From positions 1 through 49,674 of the forward strand of contig CAJJCU010000007.1 in NCBI GenBank assembly GCA_905182775.1: 49,674 nt of DNA. The letters run 5' to 3'. Source of the stretch: an uncultured Flavobacteriales bacterium. Lineage in GTDB: Bacteria > Bacteroidota > Bacteroidia > Flavobacteriales_D > Crocinitomicaceae. A model generated the notes under the pieces. The model was not told where the DNA came from and made no database searches. It worked only from the letters and a program-made list of their open reading frames with translations. Made by a program: the position numbers and the translations under genes. Shown one piece after another: positions 18,678-28,287 of the stretch (positions are counted from its first letter, which is position 1; every line of letters starts with the position of its first letter).

Positions 18678-19526
18678 TTAAGAAACCCTTACCAGTTCCC
18701 CAAAATAGAGATGCTTCCCCGAAGTGGTCTTCATATGAAGTCCTTGCACTGTGCTCGTCCTATCAGGGAAGTAAATAGACAAAAGCTCTTGCAATACCTC
18801 TTGGTCTACTGTGGGTGAATAGGTATTCATAATTAGAAACCCATCTTTAGCTAAAATCGCTGATGTAGCACCAAGCATTTCATCTATTTTATCTTCAAGT
18901 TTCCATTTTTCACCTTTAGCTCCAAGTCCCCATGCTGGAGGGTCTAGCTGTATTCCTTGATAAATATTCCCTCGCTTGTGCTCTCTGTTTACAAATTTCA
19001 AAGCATCTTCATGAACCCAGCGTATGTTCATTAATCTACTGCGCTCCATGTTTTCTTTGGCCCATGAAATAACGGACTTTACAGAATCTAGATGGTAGGT
19101 GTCCGCACCAATATGTCGCCCAACACAAGATGAAGCTCCTGTATAAGCGAAAAGGTTTAGAAATTTATCGTCACTCGATAGGTGTTCCTCAATAAAATCC
19201 CAATTTGTTTTTTGTTCAGGAAAAAGACCAAGATGTTTATATTTAGTAAGCTCTAATTTAAAAGACAGGCGCTTGTACTTAATATCCCATGAATTTCTGG
19301 CGTCTTTCTTTAGGGGCTTCCACAGGCCTTTATTAGCGCGTTTTTCTACAAACTCCCAATGCGCCATTTTCTTCCATTCGTCGAATGGTATACCACTATG
19401 GAAATAGGCCTGTAGTTCTGGACGAATAGTAATCACATTGCCCCAACGTTCCAGCTTTTTGCCTCCCCCGGCATCAATGAGCTCGTAATCGTTCCAAGAA
19501 TCTGTAAAAAGTTTATTTTCTGACAT
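18678..19526 (-). CDS. Class I SAM-dependent methyltransferase (RlmI/COG1092-like core without a PUA domain)
   Basis: LNLFAYTGASS (SAM-binding motif I) and IQLDPPAWG (DPP motif IV). Confidence 0.65.
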   Translation of the reverse strand: MSENKLFTDSWNDYELIDAGGGKKLERWGNVITIRPELQAYFHSGIPFDEWKKMAHWEFVEKRANKGLWKPLKKDARNSWDIKYKRLSFKLELTKYKHLGLFPEQKTNWDFIEEHLSSDDKFLNLFAYTGASSCVGRHIGADTYHLDSVKSVISWAKENMERSRLMNIRWVHEDALKFVNREHKRGNIYQGIQLDPPAWGLGAKGEKWKLEDKIDEMLGATSAILAKDGFLIMNTYSPTVDQEVLQELLSIYFPDRTSTVQGLHMKTTSGKHLYFGELVRVS

Positions 19527-19527
19527 G

Positions 19528-20109
19528 CTATCGCATCTTAGGCGTCTTTTTTCTGCCCCCCATCATTTGCGCCATTCGCATTTGATTTTTAGAAGGAGCC
19601 ATTTGAAGCTGTTGTTGCATGGTTCGAATTTGATCCCGCATCATACCAGCTTTGTCTAATTTTTTAGCTTCTGAAAGCAACGTCAAGGCGTCTTTTTTAC
19701 GGCCTGATTGCGCACAAATACCAGCAAGGTGCATTCTAGCCATCGCATTGTCTTCAGGAGTTCTTAAGCCCAAGGATAAGGCCTTTCTAAGCTTCTGTTC
19801 ACATTGTGCCAAACCTAAGGTTTGAGCCCCCATGATTGCTTGAAGGAAAATCACATAAGCATGCTGTTTTCTCGGTAAAAATTGAGGACTAGATACTCTG
19901 CTGATGTACTTAAATGCTTTATCAGTATTACCTACTCTCATTTGATTCAAGGCAAGAATCATACTTGGATTTCTGAAAAAGGACAAAACAACCAATGCTG
20001 TAATAAAGATCATTGATATCCCCCATCCCCAAGATCCAGAGTAAAAAAGGTAAACGTTAAATCCAAGCGCGACTAACGCTACCAAAACTCGTATTATAAA
20101 TCCTATCAT
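19528..20109 (-). CDS. Membrane protein with two N-terminal TM helices and a TPR-like helical domain, function unknown
   Basis: 193-aa ORF packed 1-2 nt from both neighbouring genes. Has a basic, Met-rich C-terminal tail. No family recognised. Confidence 0.5.
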   Translation of the reverse strand: MIGFIIRVLVALVALGFNVYLFYSGSWGWGISMIFITALVVLSFFRNPSMILALNQMRVGNTDKAFKYISRVSSPQFLPRKQHAYVIFLQAIMGAQTLGLAQCEQKLRKALSLGLRTPEDNAMARMHLAGICAQSGRKKDALTLLSEAKKLDKAGMMRDQIRTMQQQLQMAPSKNQMRMAQMMGGRKKTPKMR

Positions 20110-20111
20110 AA

Positions 20112-20540
20112 TTATTTAATTGTTGCAATACATTTCAATTCGATTGCAATGGGTGTTGGGAGTGAATTGATTTCAACCGTAGTTCTACAAGGTAGATTTT
20201 CCTTGAAATATTCAGCATATATTTTATTATATACTTGAAAATCTCTTTTCATATTTACTAAGAAGACCGTAACGTCAATGAGTTCGTCCCAGCTTGATCC
20301 AGATTCTTCAAGAATCACTTTTACATTGTCAAATACACTTCTACACTGCGCTTCAAAATCAAATTCCAAAAAATTACCATTGTGGTCTAGTTTCAATCCT
20401 GGTACCATAGAGTCATTAGAATCAGAACCAGCGACCCGTGGTCCAACTCCAGATAAAAACAAGAGATTCCCTGCTTTTCTAGCATGAGGATAAAGCCCAA
20501 CGGGTTTAGGGGCTTTTTGGGTTGAGATACGATCTTCCAT
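20112..20540 (-). CDS. RidA/YjgF-family enamine/imine deaminase
   Basis: 142 aa. Pattern GNLLFLSGVGP...FLVNM.DF...N.IY..YF....PCRTTVEI..LP....IELKCIA. Confidence 0.8.
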   Translation of the reverse strand: MEDRISTQKAPKPVGLYPHARKAGNLLFLSGVGPRVAGSDSNDSMVPGLKLDHNGNFLEFDFEAQCRSVFDNVKVILEESGSSWDELIDVTVFLVNMKRDFQVYNKIYAEYFKENLPCRTTVEINSLPTPIAIELKCIATIK

Positions 20541-20562
20541 AGACTTGTGATTTTAACTTATG

Positions 20563-20570
20563 CAAATATA
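20563..20570 (-). promoter_or_regulatory. -7 promoter box TATATTTG (minus strand)
   Basis: CAAATATA on the + strand, 22 nt upstream of the RidA start. This is the first gene of a three-gene minus-strand cluster. Confidence 0.35.
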
Positions 20571-20602
20571 ATACAAGCGCGTTATAAAAGGGTTATTATC
20601 CG

Positions 20603-20610
20603 TAACTTTG
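20603..20610 (+). promoter_or_regulatory. -7 promoter box TAACTTTG
   Basis: Exact TAnnTTTG match, 5 nt upstream of the ATG at 20616. This argues against the ORF-track start at 20547. Confidence 0.4.
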
Positions 20611-20615
20611 AGCTA

Positions 20616-21563
20616 ATGGATCACTCAATTAAAAGTTCGCTGAGCGTTGTTATTCCAACATTCAACGAAGAAGGAAATATAGAGCTCTTGTATACCAAAT
20701 TAAAAGAGACAATAGCGCCTTTAGGTCTAGAAGCGGTGGAATATATATTTGTAGATGATGGAAGCCACGATCGATCCTTAGAAATTATTAAAAAACTAGC
20801 TCATGAGGATGCCCAGGTGAAATACCTGTCTTTTTCTAGAAATTTCGGTCACCAGCTGGCTTTGAAAGCAGGTTTAGATCACGCACGTTTTCAAGGAGTT
20901 GTTTCCTTAGATGCAGACCTACAGCACCCCGTTGAACTGATCCCGGAAATGATCCGTAAATGGAAGTCAGGAGCAGCAGTTGTTTATTCAAAACGAAAGG
21001 ACAAAGGGCTTCCGTGGTTCAAACGCACAAGTTCCAAACTTTTTTACCGCCTTGTAAACTCATTAAGTCAGGTCAAACTTGAAGACGGTGTTGCAGACTT
21101 TAGGTTACTCGATCAAAAAGTAATAATCGCATTAAGAGAATATAAGGAAAGCAATCTTTTTATTCGAGGAATTATTCCCTCACTTGGTTTTAAGCAAGAA
21201 GCCATAGAATATATTCCAAATGAAAGGTTCGCAGGGGAAACAAAGTACTCCTTTTCAAAAATGATTCGATTTGCACTTACAGGGATTACTTCTCTAAGCG
21301 CAAAACCACTTTATTTTTCAATTTATTTTGGACTCTTCTTTGCAATGCTAGCCTTTGTATATAGTGTCTATGCCATTTATGTCTTTGCATTTGGTTACGA
21401 AACGGTGCCCGGTTGGACCTCAATTATTGCAAGTATTTTATTAATTGGTGGCCTTCAGTTAATCATGATCGGTATCATCGGGGTCTACTTAGGTAAAGTT
21501 TTCGCCCAAAGTAAGCAGCGCCCGCATTATATTGTGGAAGAAAAAAACATCCTAAATGATTAA
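20616..21563 (+). CDS. GT2 polyprenyl-phosphate glycosyltransferase (GtrB/ArnC/DPM1-like, two C-terminal TM helices)
   Basis: LSVVIPTFNEE, VDDGSHD, DADLQHP. Two hydrophobic helices lie near the C-terminus (LYFSIYFGLFFAMLAFVY, IIASILLIGGLQLIMIGIIGVYL). Confidence 0.85.
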   Translation: MDHSIKSSLSVVIPTFNEEGNIELLYTKLKETIAPLGLEAVEYIFVDDGSHDRSLEIIKKLAHEDAQVKYLSFSRNFGHQLALKAGLDHARFQGVVSLDADLQHPVELIPEMIRKWKSGAAVVYSKRKDKGLPWFKRTSSKLFYRLVNSLSQVKLEDGVADFRLLDQKVIIALREYKESNLFIRGIIPSLGFKQEAIEYIPNERFAGETKYSFSKMIRFALTGITSLSAKPLYFSIYFGLFFAMLAFVYSVYAIYVFAFGYETVPGWTSIIASILLIGGLQLIMIGIIGVYLGKVFAQSKQRPHYIVEEKNILND

Positions 21564-23025
21564 GCCTTTTTTAGTTAAATATAAGTGGCTCCTCCTTGTT
21601 TTTGTGTTTTTCGGGGGGCTATTTGCATCCATAAGTTTTGTGAACCATTACAATTTCAGAACCTACGGTTGGGATTTAGGGATCAATCAAAATGCCCTTT
21701 TTGACTATGCACATTTCAAATGGAATGACTGCATGATTATGCAACCCTCGTTCGATAATGTTTTGGCAGATCACTTCTCTTTATATCCCTTGTTAATTTC
21801 ACCATTATATTGGGTTTTTGGAAGCTATACAATGCTCATATTTCAATGGGCAGGAATTCTTTTCGGCGGTCTAGGAGTTTATCGATTTGTGCGTTTTATT
21901 TCAAATAACAAAAAACTTGCAACATTCGCCGTGGTGCATTTTTTCTGTATTTGGGGCATCTATTCTGCGCTGAGTTTTGATTATCACGACAACGTTGTAG
22001 GTGCGATGTTTGTGCCTTGGTTTCTATACTATTACAAGAAAAAGGAACTCGGCAAGGCACTGTTTGTTTTTGTGTTATTATTGATTTCGAAGGAGAACAT
22101 GGCCCTATGGGGTGGGTTTATAGTTTTAGGAATCAGCCTGAGACATCTCTTAAACAAGGAATGGAAAGAACTCAGGTTGAGTCTATTATTATCATTTGGA
22201 GCATTTTTATACTTTATAATCATCTTAAAACTGGTGATCCCTGCGCTGTCAAATACAGATGGAGTCTATCTTCATCACTCATTCAATGCGCTAGGAAGTA
22301 ACTTTGGAGAAGTGATCGTTAATATCATTAAGCATCCTATTCGTGCCATCGAGTTATTATTTGAGAACCACTCAGGAGATTCTTTTTTTGATGGAATTAA
22401 ATCCGAAACCTATTTGGCACTAATTCTTGCAGGGGGTTGGGCTATGTTTTTTTATCCCGAATACCTGATTATGATTATTCCAATTATAGCACAAAAGATG
22501 TATAATGACCTGCCGATCAGGTGGGGAATAAGTGACCATTACTCGATTGAATTCGCGCCCATCATCGTTATTGCACTCTATACTTTTTTCAATGAGCTTA
22601 AAGACAAAAAAATAAAATTAGCGGGAATGATGATCGCTATTTGTGCCATCTCTTCTTTTAAATTTATGGAAAATAGAACCTCAGAATATTATAAAAAAAA
22701 CAACACAAGGTTCTATTCCCCTGAGCATTGGAAAAGAAAATTTGATGTCAGATCTGTGCATCAGGTTCTAAAAACCATTCCCGATTCATTGCGTGTTAGT
22801 GCCCAATCGCAATTGGCACCTCATCTCGCTTTTCGTGATTACATTTATCATTATCCTTATATAGGTGATGCAAACTGTATTGCTCTTTTAACGGCAGAAG
22901 AAAACAAATACCCATTCAATGAGGAAACCTATCAGGCAGAAGTTAAGCGTTTAATAAACAGTGATGAGTGGTCTGTCTTTGTCCAAACCCAAGCTGTGCT
23001 TGTTCTTGTAAAAAAATCAAAATGA
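21556..23025 (+). CDS. Polytopic membrane protein, DUF2079-like (putative GT-C-type glycosyltransferase)
   Basis: 489 aa with at least 10 hydrophobic helices. The first-loop acidic motif YGWDLGINQNALFDY resembles the DUF2079 signature. The start overlaps the GT2 stop (ATGATTAA). Confidence 0.5.
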   Translation: MIKPFLVKYKWLLLVFVFFGGLFASISFVNHYNFRTYGWDLGINQNALFDYAHFKWNDCMIMQPSFDNVLADHFSLYPLLISPLYWVFGSYTMLIFQWAGILFGGLGVYRFVRFISNNKKLATFAVVHFFCIWGIYSALSFDYHDNVVGAMFVPWFLYYYKKKELGKALFVFVLLLISKENMALWGGFIVLGISLRHLLNKEWKELRLSLLLSFGAFLYFIIILKLVIPALSNTDGVYLHHSFNALGSNFGEVIVNIIKHPIRAIELLFENHSGDSFFDGIKSETYLALILAGGWAMFFYPEYLIMIIPIIAQKMYNDLPIRWGISDHYSIEFAPIIVIALYTFFNELKDKKIKLAGMMIAICAISSFKFMENRTSEYYKKNNTRFYSPEHWKRKFDVRSVHQVLKTIPDSLRVSAQSQLAPHLAFRDYIYHYPYIGDANCIALLTAEENKYPFNEETYQAEVKRLINSDEWSVFVQTQAVLVLVKKSK

Positions 23026-25388
23026 TACGACCTTTTTCAATATATCAGACAAAGCGACGTTATTGCAGTGTGAAAACTTTTATGCTTATTCTTACCCTTG
23101 TCATGGGGAACTATTTTTGGGCCCAAATTGGGATGGGTCAATGGAGATTGCATGTGGCTTCAGGAAATGCCATCGACGTTGTCATGGCTGAAAACACAGT
23201 TTTTACAGCCTATTCAAATGGCTTACACGTTATGAATCGGGATACGGAAGAAGAAGAGCTTCTTACTGATGTTAATGGTTTGTCAGACATTGAAATCTCT
23301 TCACTCTATTATGATTCCATAGAATCATGCGTACTTGTTGGCTATTCCAATGGAAATATAGATAAAATTACCGCTTCCTCAATTTACAATATCGCAGCAA
23401 TAAAATTGGCTCAGATACCTAATTCTAAGCGTATTAATCGATTTTTAAGGTTTGGTGACTATGTCTATGTAGCTACCGACTTTTGTATCGCTAAATTGGA
23501 TCTAAATAAAGATGAAATCAAAGACACTTATTACCCTACGAATGGCAATCAACCGATACTAGACCTCAGTTTTTCTTCAGATACTATTTTTGCATTAAGC
23601 GCAGACAAGCTTAAGTATGGCTTGATTGATAATCCAGCATTACCAGATGTAAGTCAATGGGAAGTAGATCCTAGGTTGCCCGTTCAAATAGAACATTCGT
23701 ATGTTGAAATTGAAAAATTCAACGGCAAACAATTCGTGCTCTTTCAAAATGAAAGTTATGGCATGGATAGCGTTTTTTACCTCACATCGACAGGTAAAAC
23801 TTTGCTTACTGATGTACCATTTTCACTTGAAATCAATTCTATAAACATTTTAGATGACACAACCTTTGCGGTCAATATGGAGGGCGGTGTTTATATCTAC
23901 AATAGCTTATTGACCAATCCTCTTTCCTACAACTCAAACAATTTTTTCATTTGGATTTCGCCGGTTAGAACGGTTAGAAGTGATGAAGGCATCTGGTCTG
24001 CTGACAACGGAAACGGATTGTTATTATTTAAATCGGGAATAAGTTATGCGCGTTTCCCTATTGTGGGGCCCTACAATAACAGTTTTTACTCTATGGATTG
24101 GCAGGACAATACACTTGCAATAGCCAGCGGAAGATTATTAGGAAAGCTCCCTTCCTTTAGCACAAATGGCCTCCATGTTTTTAATGATGAGGCGTGGACC
24201 TTTCACAATAATCAATCTGTCGAAGAATGGCAAGAAAAAAGCATTTGGGATTTCATAGATATTTCGGTAAATCCAAACAACCCAATGCAGTATGCAGCAT
24301 CCACATACTCTGAAGAGCCATTGACTATCTTTAATGGAGAAAATGTTCAGTTATACGACGATGAAAATTCGACGTTACAGTTTACAGAAATAGGTAATGG
24401 GTGGAGCTTGGCTTCTGATGTTTGTTACGACACCAAGGATAATTTATGGGTTCTTAATGGCTACACAGAAAGGCCTTTAAACCTGCTGGATAAGGATCAA
24501 GTTTGGAGAAACTTTGATTGTGGATCGAGTGCTCGAAATATCTATACAACCAAAATGATTATTGACTTCGAGGATCACATTTGGTTCGCTTCCGAAGAAA
24601 AAGGATTGTTCGGGTACAATTACAACAATACCATTGACAACGAAAATGATGATGAAACCGTTCATGTTTTTACAGGAATAAATTCAGGGAATCTGCCATC
24701 TCCTAACGTAACGGCAATCGCTGCAGATTTTGATGGAGAAATTTGGATTGGAACAGATGCTGGATTTGCCATTCTTTATAATGCGGCAAGTGCCTTTGGA
24801 AGTAATCCCGGAGACTATGATGTGCAAAGAGTCAAAGTAACCTTTGAGGGCAATGTAGAATATGTTTTGGGAAACACACACATCACAGATATAGAAGTAG
24901 ATGGGGGAAATCGAAAATGGATTGCAACAGCCAATGCAGGTATTTTATTGTTGAGTCCAGATGGATCAGAAATTCTTGAACAGTTTACCACAGAAAACTC
25001 ACCTTTAATTTCTAATAATATATTCGATCTTAAGCTCGATCAAAATACAGGGGAACTTTACATTATTACTGACAACGGATTGGTTAGTTACCGTTCCAGC
25101 GCTAGCTATGAAGACCCTTCCTATGAGACCTGTACCGTGTTTCCAAATCCAGTAAGACCAAATTATGCTGGACCTGTTACAATCCAAGGTATTAGGTACA
25201 ATAGCGATGTAAAAATAACGGATGCTTCAGGTGGATTGGTTTACAAAACCACATCAAATGGAGGGACCGCAACATGGAATTGTCAAGCTTTAAATGGGCA
25301 ACGCGTAGCTACTGGGGTTTATTATATTTGGACTGCAACCAATGTCGGAAAAGACAAAAAAGTTGGAAAGGTCCTGATTGTAAACTAG
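23022..25388 (+). CDS. porZ: PorZ-like T9SS component (double beta-propeller with Reg_prop-type repeats + C-terminal beta-sandwich CTD)
   Basis: ATGA start/stop overlap with the upstream gene. Signal-like FMLILTLVMGNYFWAQ. Repeated motifs HIWFASEEKGLFGY, EIWIGTDAGFAILY, KWIATANAGILLL, ELYIITDNGLVSY. C-terminus FPNPVRPNYAGPVTIQGI...VKITDASGGLVY...GGTATWNC...GQRVATGVYYIW. Confidence 0.55.
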   Translation: MIRPFSIYQTKRRYCSVKTFMLILTLVMGNYFWAQIGMGQWRLHVASGNAIDVVMAENTVFTAYSNGLHVMNRDTEEEELLTDVNGLSDIEISSLYYDSIESCVLVGYSNGNIDKITASSIYNIAAIKLAQIPNSKRINRFLRFGDYVYVATDFCIAKLDLNKDEIKDTYYPTNGNQPILDLSFSSDTIFALSADKLKYGLIDNPALPDVSQWEVDPRLPVQIEHSYVEIEKFNGKQFVLFQNESYGMDSVFYLTSTGKTLLTDVPFSLEINSINILDDTTFAVNMEGGVYIYNSLLTNPLSYNSNNFFIWISPVRTVRSDEGIWSADNGNGLLLFKSGISYARFPIVGPYNNSFYSMDWQDNTLAIASGRLLGKLPSFSTNGLHVFNDEAWTFHNNQSVEEWQEKSIWDFIDISVNPNNPMQYAASTYSEEPLTIFNGENVQLYDDENSTLQFTEIGNGWSLASDVCYDTKDNLWVLNGYTERPLNLLDKDQVWRNFDCGSSARNIYTTKMIIDFEDHIWFASEEKGLFGYNYNNTIDNENDDETVHVFTGINSGNLPSPNVTAIAADFDGEIWIGTDAGFAILYNAASAFGSNPGDYDVQRVKVTFEGNVEYVLGNTHITDIEVDGGNRKWIATANAGILLLSPDGSEILEQFTTENSPLISNNIFDLKLDQNTGELYIITDNGLVSYRSSASYEDPSYETCTVFPNPVRPNYAGPVTIQGIRYNSDVKITDASGGLVYKTTSNGGTATWNCQALNGQRVATGVYYIWTATNVGKDKKVGKVLIVN

Positions 25389-25429
25389 AAGATCTATTAT
25401 TGAAATTCCCGACTCAAATCTGCTTGCTT

Positions 25430-25783
25430 TTAATTTGATTCCTCAAAATATTGGTGCTCCTTGAAATAATCAAGCATAGCTTCTTTAATAAGGTGCTCCT
25501 GGTCCTTTTTCTGAATTGGAGGAAGGTTCTGTACGAGCTCAAAGTGTGGCCATCCATCTTCATCACGACCTTTATAATCATAGTAACCTGCTGGCGCTAA
25601 TAATGTGCAAATTGCGACATGAATCAAATCTGTTTTTTCCTGTTTGGAATACTTTTGATGACCTTTTCCATACTCATTGACGCCAATCAAAAAAAGCAAA
25701 GCGTGAATATCTAAGTCCTCACCAAATGTCTTTTCAAGATGTGTTTTAAGATTTTGAAATCTAAGCTCTATATCGTGGTCCAT
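25430..25783 (-). CDS. Hypothetical cytoplasmic protein, function unknown
   Basis: ORF of about 117 aa. The ORF-track start (25792) is a TTG lying inside a -7 box, so ATG 25783 (MDHDIELRF...) is preferred. No family recognised. Confidence 0.5.
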   Translation of the reverse strand: MDHDIELRFQNLKTHLEKTFGEDLDIHALLFLIGVNEYGKGHQKYSKQEKTDLIHVAICTLLAPAGYYDYKGRDEDGWPHFELVQNLPPIQKKDQEHLIKEAMLDYFKEHQYFEESN

Positions 25784-25789
25784 ACCACA

Positions 25790-25797
25790 CAAAGATA
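25790..25797 (-). promoter_or_regulatory. -7 promoter box TATCTTTG (minus strand)
   Basis: CAAAGATA on the + strand, 6 nt upstream of the ATG at 25783. Confidence 0.4.
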
Positions 25798-25831
25798 ATG
25801 CTTGTCTGCAATAAATCTATTGCTGCACGGT

Positions 25832-28135
25832 TTAATTAAAGTGAAAATTAGCTTTCCGCTTAGTAGCAGAGTTGGTTCCAATATAAATTGTGAAGGTGCC
25901 TGGTTCTGCCTCCCATTTTCTATTGGCACTATAGAATTCTAACATCTCTGGGCCAATTGTGAAGCTTATTTTTTTAGACTCTCCTGCAGCGAGCTCGACA
26001 AGTTCAAATCCTTTTAATTCACGTACAGGCCTTGTAACACTAGCGAATTGGTCATGAACATACAATTGGACAACCTCTTTCCCTTTTACCTTTCCCGAGT
26101 TTTTAAGAATCACTGATGCCTCGATTTGACCATTACTGTTGAACACATCTGAGCTGAGTTTAATTTCCGAATACTCGAAATTCGTATAGCTTAATCCATA
26201 GCCAAAGGGATATAGGGATGTGTTTTTTTCATCACCATAATGAGACCAAAAGACACTTCCTGTATCACCACCATCTGCGCCAGGCCGACCTGTGCTTTTA
26301 TGATTGTAATAAAGCGGCATTTGACCCACGCTTCTTGGAAAACTCATCGGAAGCTTTCCACTTGGATTGTAATCTCCATAGAGTACCTGAGCAATCGCAT
26401 TTCCACTTTGAGTGCCAAGGTGCCAAGACTCAACAATTACAGGAATATGTGCATCTGCCCAATTTAAAACCAAAGGCCTGCCATTCATTAGTACCAAAAC
26501 GATATTCTTGTTGACTTTATAAACTTCTTCGAGCAACTCCTGCTGAAAACCAGGAAGATCTAATTTGGTTCTACTTCTGCCCTCACCTGACTGGAAGCCA
26601 TATTCACCAAGTACCATAATGACTACGTCTGCTTTTTTAGCCACTTTTAGAGCCGCTTTAAATCCAGATTTATCCGTGGTATTTATTTTAACTTCTTGAT
26701 GAAAGGCCGGAATTGTATCTACCAATCTTACGCCTTGAGCATGACAAATCGTATTTCCAGTATAAGAAGCCAAACCCTCTAGTACAGAAACAGCGGAATT
26801 GTTTTCTGCGGCTATTCTCCAATTGCCCAAAGGACTGTTTTTATCATTGGCTAAAGGCCCGATCAAAGCGATTCTCTGACCCTCTTTTTTCAAGGGAAGG
26901 AGGTTTTCTTTGTTTTTCAATAATACGATTGACTTTTTAGCCATATCCAGAGCGGCATCTTGTATCTCTTTTGAGCCTGTCACCCGCTTTTCTCTCTCTT
27001 CATCACAGTACTTATAAGGATCAGTAAACAAACCCAACTCGAATTTTACTTTTAATATTCTACTCACGGCATCGTCAATCTGCTCGATACTCACCTTTCC
27101 CTCTTTCAAAAGAGATTTAATTTCCCTCAAATAGATATAGGATTCCATGTCCATATCTGATCCTGCATTCAGGGCCAATTCACCTGCGTGATTTTTATCT
27201 CGTGCATAGCCATGATCAACCATCTCCTTTAAGGAGCCCCAATCCGAAACAATAAAACCTTCAAATCCCCAATCTCCCTTTAATATATTTCTTTGCAAAT
27301 GTTTATCTGCTGTTGCAGGAATTCCATTTAAGTCATTAAACGAATTCATAAAGGTCTTGACTCCTGCATCTGCTGCCGCCTTAAATGGCGGAAGCACGAT
27401 ATTATGTAGCGTGTTTTCCCCTATATCAACAGTGTTGTAGTCTCGACCACTTTCTGCAAAACCATAAGCCGCAAAGTGTTTTGCGCAAGCTGCTAAGGTA
27501 TTTGGAGCGGTCAAATCACTTCCTTGAAAACCATGAACTCTTGCTGCTGCGATGAGACTCCCCAAGTAAGGGTCTTCCCCGGCCCCTTCCATGACGCGTC
27601 CCCAACGTGCATCACGCGTAATATCAACCATCGGTGCAAAGGTCCAATTGATCCCTGCTGCAGTAGCTTCTTTCGCGCCAAGCTCTGCTGAAGTTTTTAT
27701 AGCTTCAAGATCCCAGCTAGCAGATTCTGCAAGCGGAATAGGGCTAATCGTTTTATAACCATGAATTAAATCAAATCCTATGATGAGCGGAATTCCCAGG
27801 CGGGATTGATTTACAGCAACCTCCTGAACCGCACGAACCTCTTTCGCACCGCGAACATTAAGCATTGACCCTACCAAACCCTTTGCCAAATGATCGTACT
27901 TTTCTTTTTGATAGCCCTCTTGCGGAGAAGGCCCCGTTACATTCCAGAAACCATTATATTGATTCATCTGGCCTATCTTTTCTTCTAAGGTCATTTTAGA
28001 GAGCAGCGCATCAACTTTCGTGTCAATACTAAATTCTATTTCCGATTGACCAAATAAAGCAATAGGCAGCAAAGAGAAAAGAATGGGATTAAAGACTCTT
28101 TTGGGAAGTGCGAAAAGGAACTCGGTTAAATGCAT
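25832..28135 (-). CDS. bglX: Glycoside hydrolase family 3 beta-glucosidase (BglX-like), periplasmic
   Basis: 767 aa with a signal peptide. LEEKIGQMNQ, KHFAAYG, GFIVSDWGS (nucleophile Asp context). C-terminal FnIII-like domain. Confidence 0.9.
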   Translation of the reverse strand: MHLTEFLFALPKRVFNPILFSLLPIALFGQSEIEFSIDTKVDALLSKMTLEEKIGQMNQYNGFWNVTGPSPQEGYQKEKYDHLAKGLVGSMLNVRGAKEVRAVQEVAVNQSRLGIPLIIGFDLIHGYKTISPIPLAESASWDLEAIKTSAELGAKEATAAGINWTFAPMVDITRDARWGRVMEGAGEDPYLGSLIAAARVHGFQGSDLTAPNTLAACAKHFAAYGFAESGRDYNTVDIGENTLHNIVLPPFKAAADAGVKTFMNSFNDLNGIPATADKHLQRNILKGDWGFEGFIVSDWGSLKEMVDHGYARDKNHAGELALNAGSDMDMESYIYLREIKSLLKEGKVSIEQIDDAVSRILKVKFELGLFTDPYKYCDEEREKRVTGSKEIQDAALDMAKKSIVLLKNKENLLPLKKEGQRIALIGPLANDKNSPLGNWRIAAENNSAVSVLEGLASYTGNTICHAQGVRLVDTIPAFHQEVKINTTDKSGFKAALKVAKKADVVIMVLGEYGFQSGEGRSRTKLDLPGFQQELLEEVYKVNKNIVLVLMNGRPLVLNWADAHIPVIVESWHLGTQSGNAIAQVLYGDYNPSGKLPMSFPRSVGQMPLYYNHKSTGRPGADGGDTGSVFWSHYGDEKNTSLYPFGYGLSYTNFEYSEIKLSSDVFNSNGQIEASVILKNSGKVKGKEVVQLYVHDQFASVTRPVRELKGFELVELAAGESKKISFTIGPEMLEFYSANRKWEAEPGTFTIYIGTNSATKRKANFHFN

Positions 28136-28287
28136 TTACGATTTTTAATAAACCTATTTAGAGGGTTAATTTAATGATTTCAGTCAGAAAATCAGCAAAC
28201 AAACATTATAAATGTCAAAATAACACTAAGCACCTGTCTCCTGATCCGAAGAAGTTCGACAGAGCTCAGGTTTGGCTTAAAATACGC

